Below are positions 1 through 14,988 of a stretch of DNA of 64,000 nt, one piece after another; the first letter of the stretch is position 1; every line of letters starts with the position of its first letter. Under the pieces are notes generated by a model, which worked only from the letters and a program-made list of their open reading frames with translations, searched no databases and had not been told where the DNA came from. This DNA comes from Eledone cirrhosa (Eukaryota). The translations under genes were made by a program, and so were the position numbers. The stretch lies in assembly GCA_964016885.1 (NCBI GenBank), contig OZ024743.1:170314001-170378000 (forward strand). Reading direction: 5' to 3'.

Positions 1-743
1 TCAAAACGAAATACCAGGCGAAGCGACAACGTACAACGTATAAGTCCATCGATACTGTAATGAATCAAGACGAAATTATCAATTATCCAATTGAATTCTT
101 GAATTCACTTGATTTGCCAGGCATGCCACCGCACATTTTAACATTGAAAATTGGCGTGCCTATCATCCTTCTCCGAAACATCAATCCACCACAACTTTGC
201 AACGGTACCAGACTTTCAGTGAAAAAGACGATGAACAATATCATCGAGGCTACAATTTTAAATGGAAAATTTAAAGGAGAAGATGTACTCTTGCCACGCA
301 TCCCAATCATTCCAACAGATACGCCATTCGATTTCAAACGTTTGCAGTTTCCGGTGCGACTCGCCTTTGCAATGACTATCAACAAAGCACAAGGACAATC
401 GCTACAAGTGTGTGGACTAAATTTAAAAAATCCATGCTTCTCACATGGACAGCTGTATGTGGCTTGCTCACGCGTCGATAAACCTTCTGATTTATTCGTG
501 TACGCACCAGAAGGAAAAACAAAAAACATTGTGTATCCAAAAGCACTTCAGTACAACAAATTAAATGTTCTTATAACGAATTTTCTTTAAATTCGTCAGT
601 CATTCAGTCATTTAAAGATAAATGTTAAAATCTAAAAAATAGAAACTAAATTACAGAAGTTTTTAAATAACGATTAAAATATTAATATTATTTTTTTCTA
701 AATAAGCTTTTTAACACTGAGCGAAGCCGGGTAGCTCCGCTAG
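1..743 (+). mobile_element. 3' end of an autonomous-type Helitron (helicase C-terminus, GC-rich subterminal hairpin, CTAG end)
   Basis: The PIF1-like ORF is followed by GAGCGAAGCCGGGTAGCTCCG-CTAG (CTAG 740-743) then T, the canonical Helitron CTRR|T terminus. Confidence 0.85.
60..590 (+). CDS. Helitron Rep/Hel PIF1-family helicase, C-terminal fragment
   Basis: Motifs [40 protein letters not shown] and [13 protein letters not shown] are typical of Helitron PIF1 helicases; the gene start lies outside the window. Confidence 0.9.
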   Translation: MNQDEIINYPIEFLNSLDLPGMPPHILTLKIGVPIILLRNINPPQLCNGTRLSVKKTMNNIIEATILNGKFKGEDVLLPRIPIIPTDTPFDFKRLQFPVRLAFAMTINKAQGQSLQVCGLNLKNPCFSHGQLYVACSRVDKPSDLFVYAPEGKTKNIVYPKALQYNKLNVLITNFL

Positions 744-2299
<1,556 letters not shown>

Positions 2300-2481
2300 A
2301 TACAATAACAGCGATAGTTTAAAGCTAAACTCTGACTGGTAGCCATCTCACTCAACAAACATTAGGTCATATTTAAATACAAACCCAATTTAAGTGTTTG
2401 GGGCGCTAACAATATGTATAATGTGGAAAAACCAGTTGTATTATTTTATGAGATATAATTAAATTTAAAGTATATCTCTCT

Positions 2482-2606
2482 TTCCAAACAATTGTTTCAT
2501 TATAAGTTTTCTACAAGTTGGGAGAATATTTCCAGTTTATGTAGAAGCCTAATATATATTCATGTAAAAATATATTTAGGTGGGCGCTTATAAATCATCA
2601 GTGGAA
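2482..2606 (-). ncRNA. Type I hammerhead ribozyme with 96-nt branched stem II, within a non-coding PLE-like tail (about 2299-3080)
   Basis: Minus strand reads TTCCA-CTGATGA-T.TTATAAG...CTTATAA.T-GAAAC-AATT-GTT-TGGAA. Stem I is TTCCA/TGGAA, stem III is the palindrome ACAATTGT, and the site is GUU. Confidence 0.8.
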
Positions 2607-3081
2607 GCCCGTTAAACTTTGATATAAGAAAAGAATTTCTTACCGCTGTCAAAAATCGTGTCTGTGAAGTTGCTCCCTCACGCCTCGAATGACCGCCAAA
2701 TTTGAAATTCCAGCAGTTTTTGACTGAGGAAGTATCATAGCGACACGAAGCGGGAAGGGGAGACAAACTACAATCCACGAAATGAGGAAAAAAAATAATA
2801 TACACGCGGGTTAATTAGTTTTTTTGAAAACATTATCAATCCAACGTGTTAAGAACTCAATTGAAAATTAAAAAAAATAAATATATGCTTGTATAAATTA
2901 CACACGCATATAGATATTTTCTTAGGCTAAAACAGAAGTTGTACCCGAATAAGAACCGCATCTAATAACCGCAGTAAATACAGAAAGTTATGCTTTAAAG
3001 GGCAAATGGGAATGTAAATCTCCGGCCGAATTAAGAGTAAAATATAAAACTCACGCGGGTTAATTAGTTATTTCAAAGCCA

Positions 3082-3116
<35 letters not shown>

Positions 3117-3222
3117 TGTATATATATAAAACTCACCTCCTACATTAACTTGTCCTTAACGGTTGAGCGCTTACTCTCATATTGGATACCTTTTGATGGT
3201 CCTTCACCTCTTCTTCTACAAC

Positions 3223-5624
3223 ATGGATTATTACAACATAACCAATTCAACTAAAGACATTCCTATACCTGGTAAATCTGAATTCACCAAACTTCTTATT
3301 GAAAAAACTGACTCCTTCGTAAGAAGACTTAGATGGACAGCCTATTTCTATGACCAGCGCCTAAAGGGGAACTTTCATACCAAAGAACACAACTTCCTCG
3401 ATCATCTTTTTAATTCTAGACGTAATCCTCCTTCCAACAAAAATCTAGTACAATTCGAGGAAGAATTAACTAAAATAATAAAAAATCTTAAATTCAAGAG
3501 ATACCCTTACAAAGGACAAGAGCACCTTGTAAATCTCAAGAACACAATCTCTAACCTAAATTCCTCAAAAAATGTTTTAGTCCACTCTGACAAAACCAAT
3601 AACCTATATGGTATTTCCAAGGATAATTATAACAACCTTATCCTAAAGGAACTTAGGAAAAAGTATCGTAAAACCAACCATGAAAATTTAGAATGCATAA
3701 ACCTTGAAGCCTATGAGATTATGTCAAAACTTGGCATTGAAAAAAAGACCGAACCATTCCTCCCAAGAACTCCGAGGATAAATCTCAAGGATCACAAAAA
3801 CAATTTTCGCACTGAACTACCTGCTAGATTAATCGCCCCCTCTAAATCTGATCTGGGGGTTGTTAGTAAAGCCATCTTGGATAGAATTATCCCACAGGTT
3901 AGTTCTAATTGCTCTTCTTTGAACCTAAATTTATGGTTTGGTACTTCTGAAGTGATTGGCTGGTTCAACAAATTGGATAATAAAAACAAACTAAAATGTA
4001 TTCAATTTGATATTGCCAGCTACTATTCCTCCATTTCGCCTTCACTTCTCAATAATGCTCTATCTTTCGCACTTAAATATTCTGACATCACCACAGATGA
4101 ACTTCACACCATCCTCACCGCACGTAAAACCATCCTAGAGTTCAACAACGAATATTGGACCAGAGCCGATACCTCTAACAACTTCGACATCACAATGGGA
4201 GCATCCGATTCATCCCAATTGACTGATTTAATTGGTATCTTCATTTTGAACTCTTTGAGTCGGAAAATTCCTCAACTTCGCGGTGGAATTTATCGTGACG
4301 ATGGACTCTTTACTATCCTAAATTGCAATATAGTTAACCTTAATATTATTAAGAACAATATACGTAATCTCTTTAACCAACATAACCTAAAAATTGAATT
4401 TGATAATAGTATCAAACTAGCTAATTTCTTGGATGTATCTCTTAATCTTGACACTGGCCTATATTACCCTTACCATAAAAACAATGAGAACCTTAATTAT
4501 GTTAACTTTAAATCTAACCATCCTACCAATATCAAGAATGCTATAGTTAATAATATTGGAAATAGAATATCTAACATATCTTCTAATAAAAACATCTTTG
4601 ATGCTAACGCCAATTACTATAATAACGCACTTTCTAAAGCCGGCTATCCAGATAAAATCAAATATAGTAAAGAAACAAATTCTAGAAAAACTTACAGTAG
4701 AATAATTAATCATGACCATTCCAATAATTTCAATAAAAGACCTAGATACAAAAACATAATCTGGTATAATGCTCCTTTCTCCATCTCTATTAATAACAAT
4801 ATTCCTAAATTATTTTTTAGGCCTTAAATAAATGCTTCCCTCCCTCACATATCTATAGTAAAATATTTAACAAACACACCATCAAATTTTCGTATTCTAC
4901 ATCCTCCAATATTTCCAACATCATCTCTAAACACAACAATAAAATACTAAATACTAAATCTCTTCCTTCCAATATTGAATTTCATAATAACAGTAATAGT
5001 ACTCCCGACGTCATTGTAAACCCTAGGCTAACTTCTGTAAACCCAAATACAACGTCAAACACAACTTCGCTAAATGTTCATAATCCAACTCTAAATCAAG
5101 AAACTATTATTCCTATTATTCCTATCGCAAACAACTTCTCCAATCCAATTCCTTCTATAGATAACACTAGATCACTCATTAATAATCTCTCTAATTGCAA
5201 CTGCCGCATTAAAAATAAATGTCCTCTCAACAACCATTGTCTCGATAAAAACTTAATTTATGAATGTAAAATTATAACTAGCACCAATTCTTTCACCTAT
5301 TTTGGCTCCACTTCCACCTCTTTTAAAGCTCGTCTCTATAATCATCATTCATCTTTCAAATACAAACTTAAAAGAACTAACACTGCTCTCTCAGAACTCA
5401 TATGGTCCTTAAAAGACAAAAACATTAAATATACCATCTTTTGGAAGAAGATTTCTTCTGCATCCTCATACTTGAACAGCTCTCTATCTAAAATCTGTAA
5501 TCTCTGCCTAAATGAAAAATTTACCATTATCTCTAACCTAGATTCTATAATAAATAGACGCACAGATTTGTTTTCTATCTGCCTGCATAAATTCCATAGA
5601 ACTTTTCACAAAGTATACAGTTAA
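3223..5624 (+). pseudogene. PLE reverse transcriptase / GIY-YIG endonuclease ORF with one frameshift at about 4820
   Basis: HSDKTNNLY, KDHK, RLIAPSKS, QFDIASYYSSI, ITMGA, IYRDDG and FLDVSL. From 4821 a shifted frame is open to TAA 5622-5624 and encodes CNCRIKNKCPL, LIYECK..TYFGST..FKARLYNH, CNLCLNE and CLHK. Confidence 0.88.
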
Positions 5625-6651
5625 TATTCAATTCTTTATCAATTTAGAATCTTTTCTCAAAGGCACATATACATACACCTCTTTAAAATATACCCATCTT
5701 CCTACCATACTTTAAAGGGCTTTATACACTCTATAATACTTGTTTACTCATTACCCTCATTCTATCTTCACCCTGTAAAATCATTCATAACATATACATA
5801 TGTTTTTTTTGACGTTAGAATATTCATCCGCCATCATTATTTTTTTCTCTCTATCATAAATCTTTTTAATCTCAATTTCATCCTTAATTTATTATTTTTT
5901 TCTCCCCATCAACGAACTCATTCTTAATACATATTAACTCTATTCGCATATATTATCAATTCCTCCAATATACAAACTTTAACTTCACATTATTTTTCTC
6001 AAATCCTTCTACACACAAACCTTAATAATTTTTCTCTTCGTTAATTTTGAAATTGCCACAACATACCCTTTTTTGACGTTAGAATATTCATCCACAATTA
6101 TTATTTCTTCTCTCTATCTTCATACATAAATTCCCTTCGTTAATTTTCAAATTCCTTTAATTTATACATTATCTTCCAACGGTTTCTCAACCTCTCTGTG
6201 TAAGGCAATGTATCTTTCTCTCAATTATAAAATCTATCTCTTTCTCTCTATCGCCCATCTCTCCCTCTCCACCTTCACTCTCATCTCCTCCCACTTTTTT
6301 TTCATCCTTTCCACCCCCCTCCCTAAATAAAATACTTTTTCCTCGCACATATCCTCCTTTCGTTGATTTTCAAAAATTTTTTTGGGGTTTATACATTATC
6401 TTCCAACGGTTTTCAACCTCTCTGTGTGGGACAGTATATCTCCTCTCAGTTATAAAAGCTATCTCTTTCTCTCTATCACCCATCTCTCCCTCTCATCTCC
6501 TCCCCTTTTTCATCCTTTCCACCCCCCCCCCCCCTCTCTAAATAAAATATTTTTCCCAATATCACACATCAATCTAAAACCACTTTTCATATGTTGATTT
6601 AAAACTGCACTATCCACAAGTGTTTTTTAGCCTTCATATCATGTTCTCCTG

Positions 6652-6718
6652 TTTTATCTGATGGAAACACAAATATTATTGCATGATGATGTTTATTTTT
6701 GAAATGCGCATAATAAAA
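6652..6718 (+). ncRNA. Type I hammerhead-like motif at PLE 3' end
   Basis: TTTTAT-CTGATGG-(36 nt, AAACA/TGTTT)-GAAA-TGCGCA-TA-ATAAAA; palindromic stem III ATGCGCAT; the core has A9>G. Confidence 0.6.
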
Positions 6719-6757
6719 TACATGGAACTCCTTTAACCATCTTTTGATCTTATATTA

Positions 6758-6811
6758 TGTATATATGTATATATGTATATGTATATATGTATATATATAT
6801 ATGTATATATG

Positions 6812-6843
<32 letters not shown>

Positions 6844-7096
6844 TATATGTATAGATTTATATATATGTATAGATATATATATATATATATGTATATAATA
6901 TATATATATGTATATATGTATATAATATATATATATGTATATATGTATATAATATATATATATGTATATATGTATATAATATATATATATGTATATATGT
7001 ATATAATATATGTATATATGTATATAATATATATATATATGTATATATGTATATAATATATATGTATATATGTATATATATATATATGTATGTATA

Positions 7097-7139
<43 letters not shown>

Positions 7140-7174
7140 ATATATGTATATATATATATATGTATATATATATG

Positions 7175-7206
<32 letters not shown>

Positions 7207-7551
7207 TATGTATATATGTAAATATATATATATATATAGAGAGAGAGAGATTCCACCGAATTTATATTCATAGAAATCTGGGACTTGTTTCTTCTTCATC
7301 ACTTTCTGCTGCTTAAACCATTTTGTCTGTTTACCCTAGCGTCCCCTTTATTTACGTGTCCCAACGACTTTTTTTAGCCGTTGCTCGCACCAACCTGAGG
7401 TATATGGCCTTTAATGCGACGAAATGCCTACGACGGTTGGAAGGCCACTGATGAGGACAAACTTTTTCATATGTAACCCATTTGCAGCGCCGCAGCTCCA
7501 TTATTATCATATGTATATATATATGTATATATATATATATATGTATATATG

Positions 7552-7622
<71 letters not shown>

Positions 7623-7629
7623 GTAAATA

Positions 7630-7665
<36 letters not shown>
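6758..7665. repeat. (TA)n/(TATG)n tracts interrupted by a ~255 bp unique island (7250-7505)
   Basis: Direct reading. Confidence 0.9.
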
Positions 7666-7667
<2 letters not shown>

Positions 7668-7750
7668 AAAGTTTTATTTAAAAATTGTTGGGTTGCAACG
7701 AGTAAATATTTTATAACTGATATAAAGCACTCAACAAGTTTTGGAGTAGA

Positions 7751-8289
<539 letters not shown>

Positions 8290-8291
8290 AC

Positions 8292-8382
<91 letters not shown>

Positions 8383-8438
8383 TACATATATATATATATA
8401 TGTATATATTTATATATATATATATATATGTGTATATT

Positions 8439-8512
<74 letters not shown>

Positions 8513-8513
<1 letters not shown>

Positions 8514-9724
8514 TAGCAGTAAAGCCTGGCGTTGCTCGGGGTCGCTCAGTAGCTGTGTTAAAATTACAATGTTAAGTTTCTTTTTTGGCTTAAAAACTGT
8601 AGTGCAGACTTGCATGTGGTGTTTTTGATTAATATTCCCTCAACCAACAATATGCCTTATGAAGTTAAGAAAACATAACGATAAGACCGTAAAATAACGA
8701 TAAGAAAACATAACGATAAGACCGTAAAATTAATTTAAACGTTTAATAGGGAAAGTTTGCTAACCGTCGTAATAAAAAAATAAATATCAATAACTTACGA
8801 AGTAATGAACTCGCCGAACTTTTAAAGCGTTGTAGCATACAAAGGCAGTACAATGCAAATGAAGCTATTAAACAAACTGGAGATTCCAATTCACTCTACT
8901 AAAGATTTACTTAATCGTCTGCACATTCGCTAATCGTCTGCTCATTCCATAAAAGGGAAATAATCGCCTATATCACCTCTCTGCATGACTGTCTGTCTGC
9001 ACGCCTATATCACCTCTCTGCATGACTGTCTGTCTGCACGCCTATATCACCTCTCTGCACGACTATCTGTCTGCACGCGTATATCACCTGTCTGCACGAC
9101 TGTCTGTCTGCACGCCTAACGAAATTTACAGATACATATATTTTAAATAAACTTATATAATTTTTGCTTTTTTTTACGAAATATTTGCTTGTTTTACGTA
9201 GTCTTTAAATAGACTTGTTTTCAAGTAAAAATATTGTTTTAAAAGGCTTTTAAATGGAAATGAAGCAAAACGGAAGCTTAGTGTTCGAACTGATGAATTT
9301 TGCAGGTCAAAATTTTGCTGGCTCGACAACTGTTCGTGTATTGTGTTAATGTCATTTTAAACGCTGAGAAAGCCAGCGTAATTTTTTTAATTTTTGCCAG
9401 CGTAATTTTTGCACGCAGAAAATGTAAACAGAACGTAAGACGCTACGCTGAATGTAAACAGAACAAAGGGAAATCATTTTTTTAATTTTTGCACGCAGAA
9501 AATGTAAAGGGAAATAACTGATCACTTACGCTCAAAAATCGATACATTATATTCGATTTCGTCAGATAGGGCGGGTCAATTTGAAATATTTTTTTTCCGA
9601 TGTCTTCGCTAGGGCTCAATGTACAAGTATAGCAATTTCGGTGCAATTCCGTGAGAGATTCTAAGAGGAGATGTGTGCCAAAAATCGATAGACAGACAGA
9701 CAACCTCAGTTTTATATATATAGA
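8513..9724 (-). mobile_element. Complete non-autonomous Helitron (about 1.2 kb)
   Basis: Minus strand starts A|TCTATATATATAAAACTGAGG and ends CCCGAGCAACGCCAGG...CTGCTAG|T; inserted in an AT dinucleotide with no TSD. Confidence 0.85.
8965..9118 (+). repeat. 37-bp minisatellite, about 4.2 copies, inside the Helitron
   Basis: Unit CGCCTATATCACCTCTCTGCATGACTGTCTGTCTGCA starts at 8965, 9002, 9039 and 9076. Confidence 0.95.
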
Positions 9725-10289
9725 TATTAGTTTTGCGAGGTTTTTGATATGAAATCGTGTGTCGAAACAAATATTGTTATACTTGGGGGGGGGGGGGGGA
9801 ATATTTGTGTAATATTGCCAGAATTAATAACAGAACACACATTGTTTGGTTGGTTTTCGCCTTTCGCTTCTGTGTCTTTTATATCGGTAATTTAATTTAT
9901 TCGGTCCTCTATGTTGCTATTGACTGACCAACGGTCAAAAATACAGATACAATATAGACACAAACACATATATATAGTCTATCAAAGTTCTTTCGTTGGA
10001 CATCTACAACATCGTCAATGGTACTATTGTTTCCTACCGTTGCATTGTATTTTCTACGCATTCTTTATTTAGTCTGTTTATATATTTATTTATTTGTTTT
10101 GGGGTTTTTTGTCTTCTTTGCGCATGCGTTTGCGTGTGTGTATAGTGTTTTGTTTTATGTATGTTCGTGATTGGGTGACTGTGTATTGGTTAATGTATTC
10201 TATCTTTACTAGTGTGTGTTTATATGTGTTTGTTGTTATTTTGCTTGTGTATGTATTTATTTATTTATCTATTTATTTATTTATTTATT

Positions 10290-12660
10290 TATACTTCTCT
10301 TAGGTCAGTGTTGTTTGTTTGGGGGTTGTTGTTATTCCATTCATTTTTTCTGTTTAGCCTTGGCCTTCTAAGTTCTATTTCACTGGCCTCTCTGATTTGC
10401 CTATCTGCTGGGTCATTTCAACGTTTAGATATTATTCTAATTTCTATGTTGTCTATGTTACCATCGTGTTGTTGTCTGGCATGTTCGTATAGTACTGAAC
10501 CGTTTTTTCGTCCTTTTAGTTCCCCCCAGTGTTGGTCTATCCTTTTACCTATGCGACGAGCTGTCTCGCCTATGTATGTTATTGTCATGTTTCTGCAAGT
10601 ACCCTCTGTACATCTTATGCTATAGACTACGTTTCTAGTTTTACAGTTTATCCGGTGGTTTACTTTATATATGATACATTTCCTATTAGTACAGTGGGTT
10701 TTCTTAAAAGGGTAGGTTTTGCTGATCTGGGAATTTATGGTGGTTCCTGGCTTTTCTACCACCTTAATCTTTAAGTGGGTCTTTCTCAGGGCCTTTCTAC
10801 ACTAGTTAGCTAATTTCCCTCTAGGGGTAGCATCCACAAACATGACACTCTGGTATCTCTGTTTGTCGTACCATGAGGTGGCTTTCCCTATCTTATGTCT
10901 AGCCCTATCTAAGCTATTCCTTGATTTGCTCCTCTATAATGGGCAAATTCCTTTCATGTCCTATGAGGGTCTTATACTTCTCCATGGCTCCTTTGTATAC
11001 TCTGATTCTGTCTCTTTGGTTGTAGCCAGAGAACTGCATGCAATTGATGAAGTGTTGGATGTGTCTTTCCAATTCTGTTGGGTCGCACATGCGGGACAGG
11101 TTCTTCATCACTCGTACCATGTCTGCAATCAGAATATTAAACTTAGCACTACTGGACATTGCTGAGTTTTTGAGTATCAGGTATTTGGAGGCCATGGGTT
11201 TAGCATAGTGTGAGTAGAGAATTTTGGCCCTCTCGTCTAAAGTGTTAATCCAGAGTTCCGTGTCTAATACAGGTAATCTATAGGGTGTTTGGAAGGGTAG
11301 TCGATAGTTACAGTTATTCTCTGGTATATGGAATTAGCGATCTGCTGGATGCTTTCCATTGTGCTACGTTCTAAATAAATCTTGTTAGTGCTCTCTTGTG
11401 GGGATGTTCTTATTACTATATTGATATCGCCTATGTAACGAGAGTACATGATGAGGTCTATGGAGCTCTCATCAAGGAGATCTTTAAGTCTCCTTTCCCA
11501 CCATACCATAAAAAGTTTGGCAACGTCACCAGCTATGCTGACGCCAATGGCTGTTCCCTCATTTTGGGTGTAGATCTTCTCGTTGAACTTGAATATGTGA
11601 CCCTGTAGGGTAGTTTTGATACTAGCCCCTATTTCATGGGCGACCATTTTTCTTACCTGATCATTGTTTTGGGGGGTCCGTATAGCTTTGGTCCACCCAA
11701 TCCACCTTCCCATGGGAGTCTTTTTAGCCATTGAGGTTATGGTGGGGGGGTCTACTGGGGCAGAAACGTCTAAGGTCATGGCTGTCTAGGTAGTCAGTGT
11801 CATAGGTAAGTCTAAGTAGGAGGCCCAGTTCGTCTGTGTCAACGTCGCAGAATTCCACCTCACTCTCAATGATCATCTCCACACATTTTTCCACAGCAAA
11901 ATCTATGTTAATGGATGGGTAGAGTGATACCACATCCATGCTGCCTATTATGCAGTTGGATAGGTTCCTGTTTTTGTTGAACTCACCGATTCTGCTGTGG
12001 AGGTCCTCTGTACTGTCACATACATCTGGGGACATCTTGATTATGGGGTGTATAACCATTGAGAAGAAGTAGGAGATCCTGTAGTTGCTAGCTATATTTG
12101 CTCCGCATACGGGTCTTGTTGGTGGTCCTGTTGTCGGGTCGTCGACTGTCTTGTGGTCTTTGCAGAACCCATATATGGGTGGTATGCCATTGTTAGATGC
12201 CTGCAAGTTGTTGGCAGTGTGTCTGCTTGGCTTTAGGATGTCGGTCCACATCATCATGTGAGGGTTGGGGATTTTCTCTCTCCCACCATGTATTTGCTGT
12301 GCGATTTCGGTCGTGTTGGTGATGTGGGGTTGCATAGCCTTGATGTAGTTCGGCATGCTGTCTATTGACATCCTACCAGACTTATCCGTGGGTAGACATA
12401 TTACCTCACCATCCCTTGTGCGCTGCTTGAGGCTAACCAAGCCTTCTACAGGTTTCCTCCCAAGGTGTTGGACCTCTGGTCTACTCTGTCTCTTAGTATA
12501 CCGGTCTACTATTTGTCTAATCTTATTTCTAGCTCTGGTGAACTGTGCCTCTGTCTCGTCATCTATTTGTTGTGGTATGCAAACTCTTTTATTAAAGGGT
12601 AACCTCGTAGGATAGATATTACCCATCTTATATGTTTTGTCAGCTGGGTTGAAGAATAGT
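10290..12660 (-). mobile_element. Degenerate Penelope-like element of a second clade (Neptune/Nematis-like), frameshifted RT + GIY-YIG
   Basis: ORF pieces 11724-12626 (LPTDKSG, GSMDVVSLYPSI), 11264-11779 (GTAIGVSIAG, YSRYIGD), 10914-11195 and 10418-10762 (NVVYSIRC..TYIGETARRIGKRIDQH). The clade name is inference. Confidence 0.82.
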
Positions 12661-12877
12661 TTCTCTAAGGTGTTGTCATTATATCTATCGTCATAGTTGT
12701 GTGTGTTGCTATTATTGTTATTATGGTGGTTGTTGTTGTTCCTATCATTAGCATTATTATTATTGTTATGATTGCTAGATGTATTGTTGCTGTGATAATA
12801 ATGCTAATGATAGGAACAACAACAACCACCATAATAACAATAATAGCAACACACACAACTATGTGTGTATATATATA

Positions 12878-12912
<35 letters not shown>

Positions 12913-13022
12913 GTGTTTGTGTGTTTGTGTATTTATGTGTATGTATGGATATGTGGATATATATGTGTGTATGTATGTATATGTATATGTATGTGTATTT
13001 GTACGTGTATGTATATATGTAT

Positions 13023-13053
<31 letters not shown>

Positions 13054-13181
13054 CATATATGTGTGTGTGTGTGTGTGCATGTGTGTTTATTTCTCCTTTC
13101 ATTCTTCCTTTTCCAGCCTCACTTTCATATAGATTATATTTTTGTTTTTAAAATCCAATGTCAATAAATACACGAGGATTT

Positions 13182-13238
13182 TTTTATTCTGATGATTGAA
13201 AGCAAAATTTGCTTTCAAGAAACCACTGGTAAATGAAA
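13182..13238 (+). ncRNA. Type I hammerhead ribozyme with canonical core
   Basis: TTTTATT-CTGATGA-TTGAAAGCAAA/TTTGCTTTCAA-GAAAC-CACTG-GTA-AATGAAA; GUA site and near-palindromic stem III. Confidence 0.88.
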
Positions 13239-13299
13239 TAATTATCTTATGGTGTTTATTACATAACTATATATATATATATGCATATAATCTGGTACT

Positions 13300-14860
13300 G
13301 GGGATTTAAAAATCACCCTACAGACGTCGCTAACGCAAGTCAATTTCCTGTACATTACCCTCAACCTCGAAAATGATCTGTACTACCCATACAGGAAACC
13401 AAACGACAACCTGCACTACATCCACCGCCACTCTAACCATCCTGGAAACATCACCAACAACCTGGTTAAAAACATCTCCCTCCACATATCTTGTTTGTCC
13501 GCTAATGAGCAGATATTCGATGAACATGCGCCTTATTACAACCAGGCTCGCAAGCGAAGCGGCTTTTGGGAGGAAATCTCCTTTTACCCAGCTTCCCAGC
13601 AGGTGACGCCACCGCTCACACCACATAACGTGGTTCGACCCTCCCCACAATGCCGCGGTTGCAACACCAATCGGGAAAATCTTCTTCAGGCTCCTCGAAA
13701 AACACTTCCCACCACAACACTGCGACCACAATATAATCAACAAAAACACTATCAAACTCTCCTGCAGCACCACACTCAACTTCGCACAAAACATCGCCTC
13801 TTCAAACAACAAGAAACTCAACTACTATGGAAGAAACAACTTAGACAATAGTGGAGAGCTGACCAGGAAGTGTAACTGCCCTGATAGATCTACGTGCACC
13901 CTCAACAACAGATGCCGAGAATGTAATGTGATCTACCAATACAATGTGACTTTAAGACCCGGCTCTACCAACACCGACATACGTTCAGAAACCCAGCCCG
14001 GCGACATGCCACTACACTTTCGGGCCACATCTGGGACCTCCAAGATAATAACATCACATACCATCTAAGTTGGAGCTTAATTTCCAGGGCTAACTCCTAC
14101 ACGGGAGGACGCCATCCGTCTAACTTATGCTCGGAGGAAACAATACAAATGCTGTTTCCGAAGGACCAACTCCCAAACTAAAAAGACGAATTTGTAACTG
14201 CATGTAAACACCGATTGCGTAGGACTTACCCTGCCCTCAAACCCCCTCATGACACAGGTGGGTAGACAATGGCTATAACATCCTTCTTTTCCCCACTTGC
14301 TGAACAAGATAGGGGAAACCCTAGCATACATAGGTAGATGTACTTCTTTTCCTTTTTCCCTTTATCTCTTCTTCTCACTTCTTTCCACTCCCTCTCCTCT
14401 TCATTTTCCTTTTTCCTCTTTCGTTTACCCTGAGGCAGCCCATCTGGCTTTTGTAGCCTTAGTACCCCCACCCCAGAAAATTCTATATAGCATTGGTCAA
14501 AAACTCAATACCAGCTAAAAATATAGCAGCTGCTTTAATTTTTTAATTTCAATTTATTAACTTTTTTAATTTTATAACTTCCCACTCCAGAATTCTTTTT
14601 TTGCTTGCTTTCTAGCTAGCCTAATTTCTTCCACACTCCTTAGAATTTGCTGTATAGAATTCACTTTCAACACTTGACTGGCTCCACCCATTCCCTCATT
14701 GTTCTACAGGCAAGTTCAGCCACCCACCACCATGAAAAATTTAATTGTGTTTACAAGAAATTTTGACCAATCTTTTTGGCAACTACTTTTGGCCAGTTAA
14801 AAGTACCTCTTCTATTATACAGTGGTGGCCATGACTGGACTCCGAAACATTGTCTACATT
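13300..14860 (+). mobile_element. Degenerate 5'-truncated Hydra-like PLE (same family as 43931-46190)
   Basis: Encodes VNFLYITLNLENDLYYPYRKPNDNLHYIHRHSNHP and CNCPDRSTC with frameshifts; the DNA aligns by eye to 43931-44960. Confidence 0.82.
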
Positions 14861-14925
14861 AAATATATATATATATATATGAAATAAGCGTAGTTAAGAT
14901 GGGGTTATTTCACCATAATTGCTTT

Positions 14926-14988
14926 ATTGCATGATATATATTTCTGTTACATGGTTATGCATGTGACTTCATCAGATGCTTATGCAAT
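14926..14988 (-). ncRNA. Type I hammerhead ribozyme in an orphan PLE tail next to (TA)n
   Basis: Minus strand reads GCAT-CTGATGA-AGTCACATG...CATGTAACA-GAAA-TATATA-TC-ATGC; palindromic stem III and AUC site. Confidence 0.8.

Larger units (their letters stand above)
3127..6755 (+). mobile_element. Near full-length Penelope-like retroelement (Hydra-clade-like) in (TA)n
   Basis: RT plus C-terminal GIY-YIG ORF, long pyrimidine-rich 3' region with internal duplications (about 6135-6335 vs 6357-6555), hammerhead near the 3' end, TA tracts on both sides. Confidence 0.85.

Noticed and set aside
8965-9118. 37-bp repeats as a CRISPR array
   Set aside because: Units are contiguous with no spacers, there are no cas genes, and they lie inside a eukaryotic Helitron.
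14820-14860. GAAACATTGTC near the end of the decayed PLE
   Set aside because: No upstream CTGANGA or stem I; at most a remnant.
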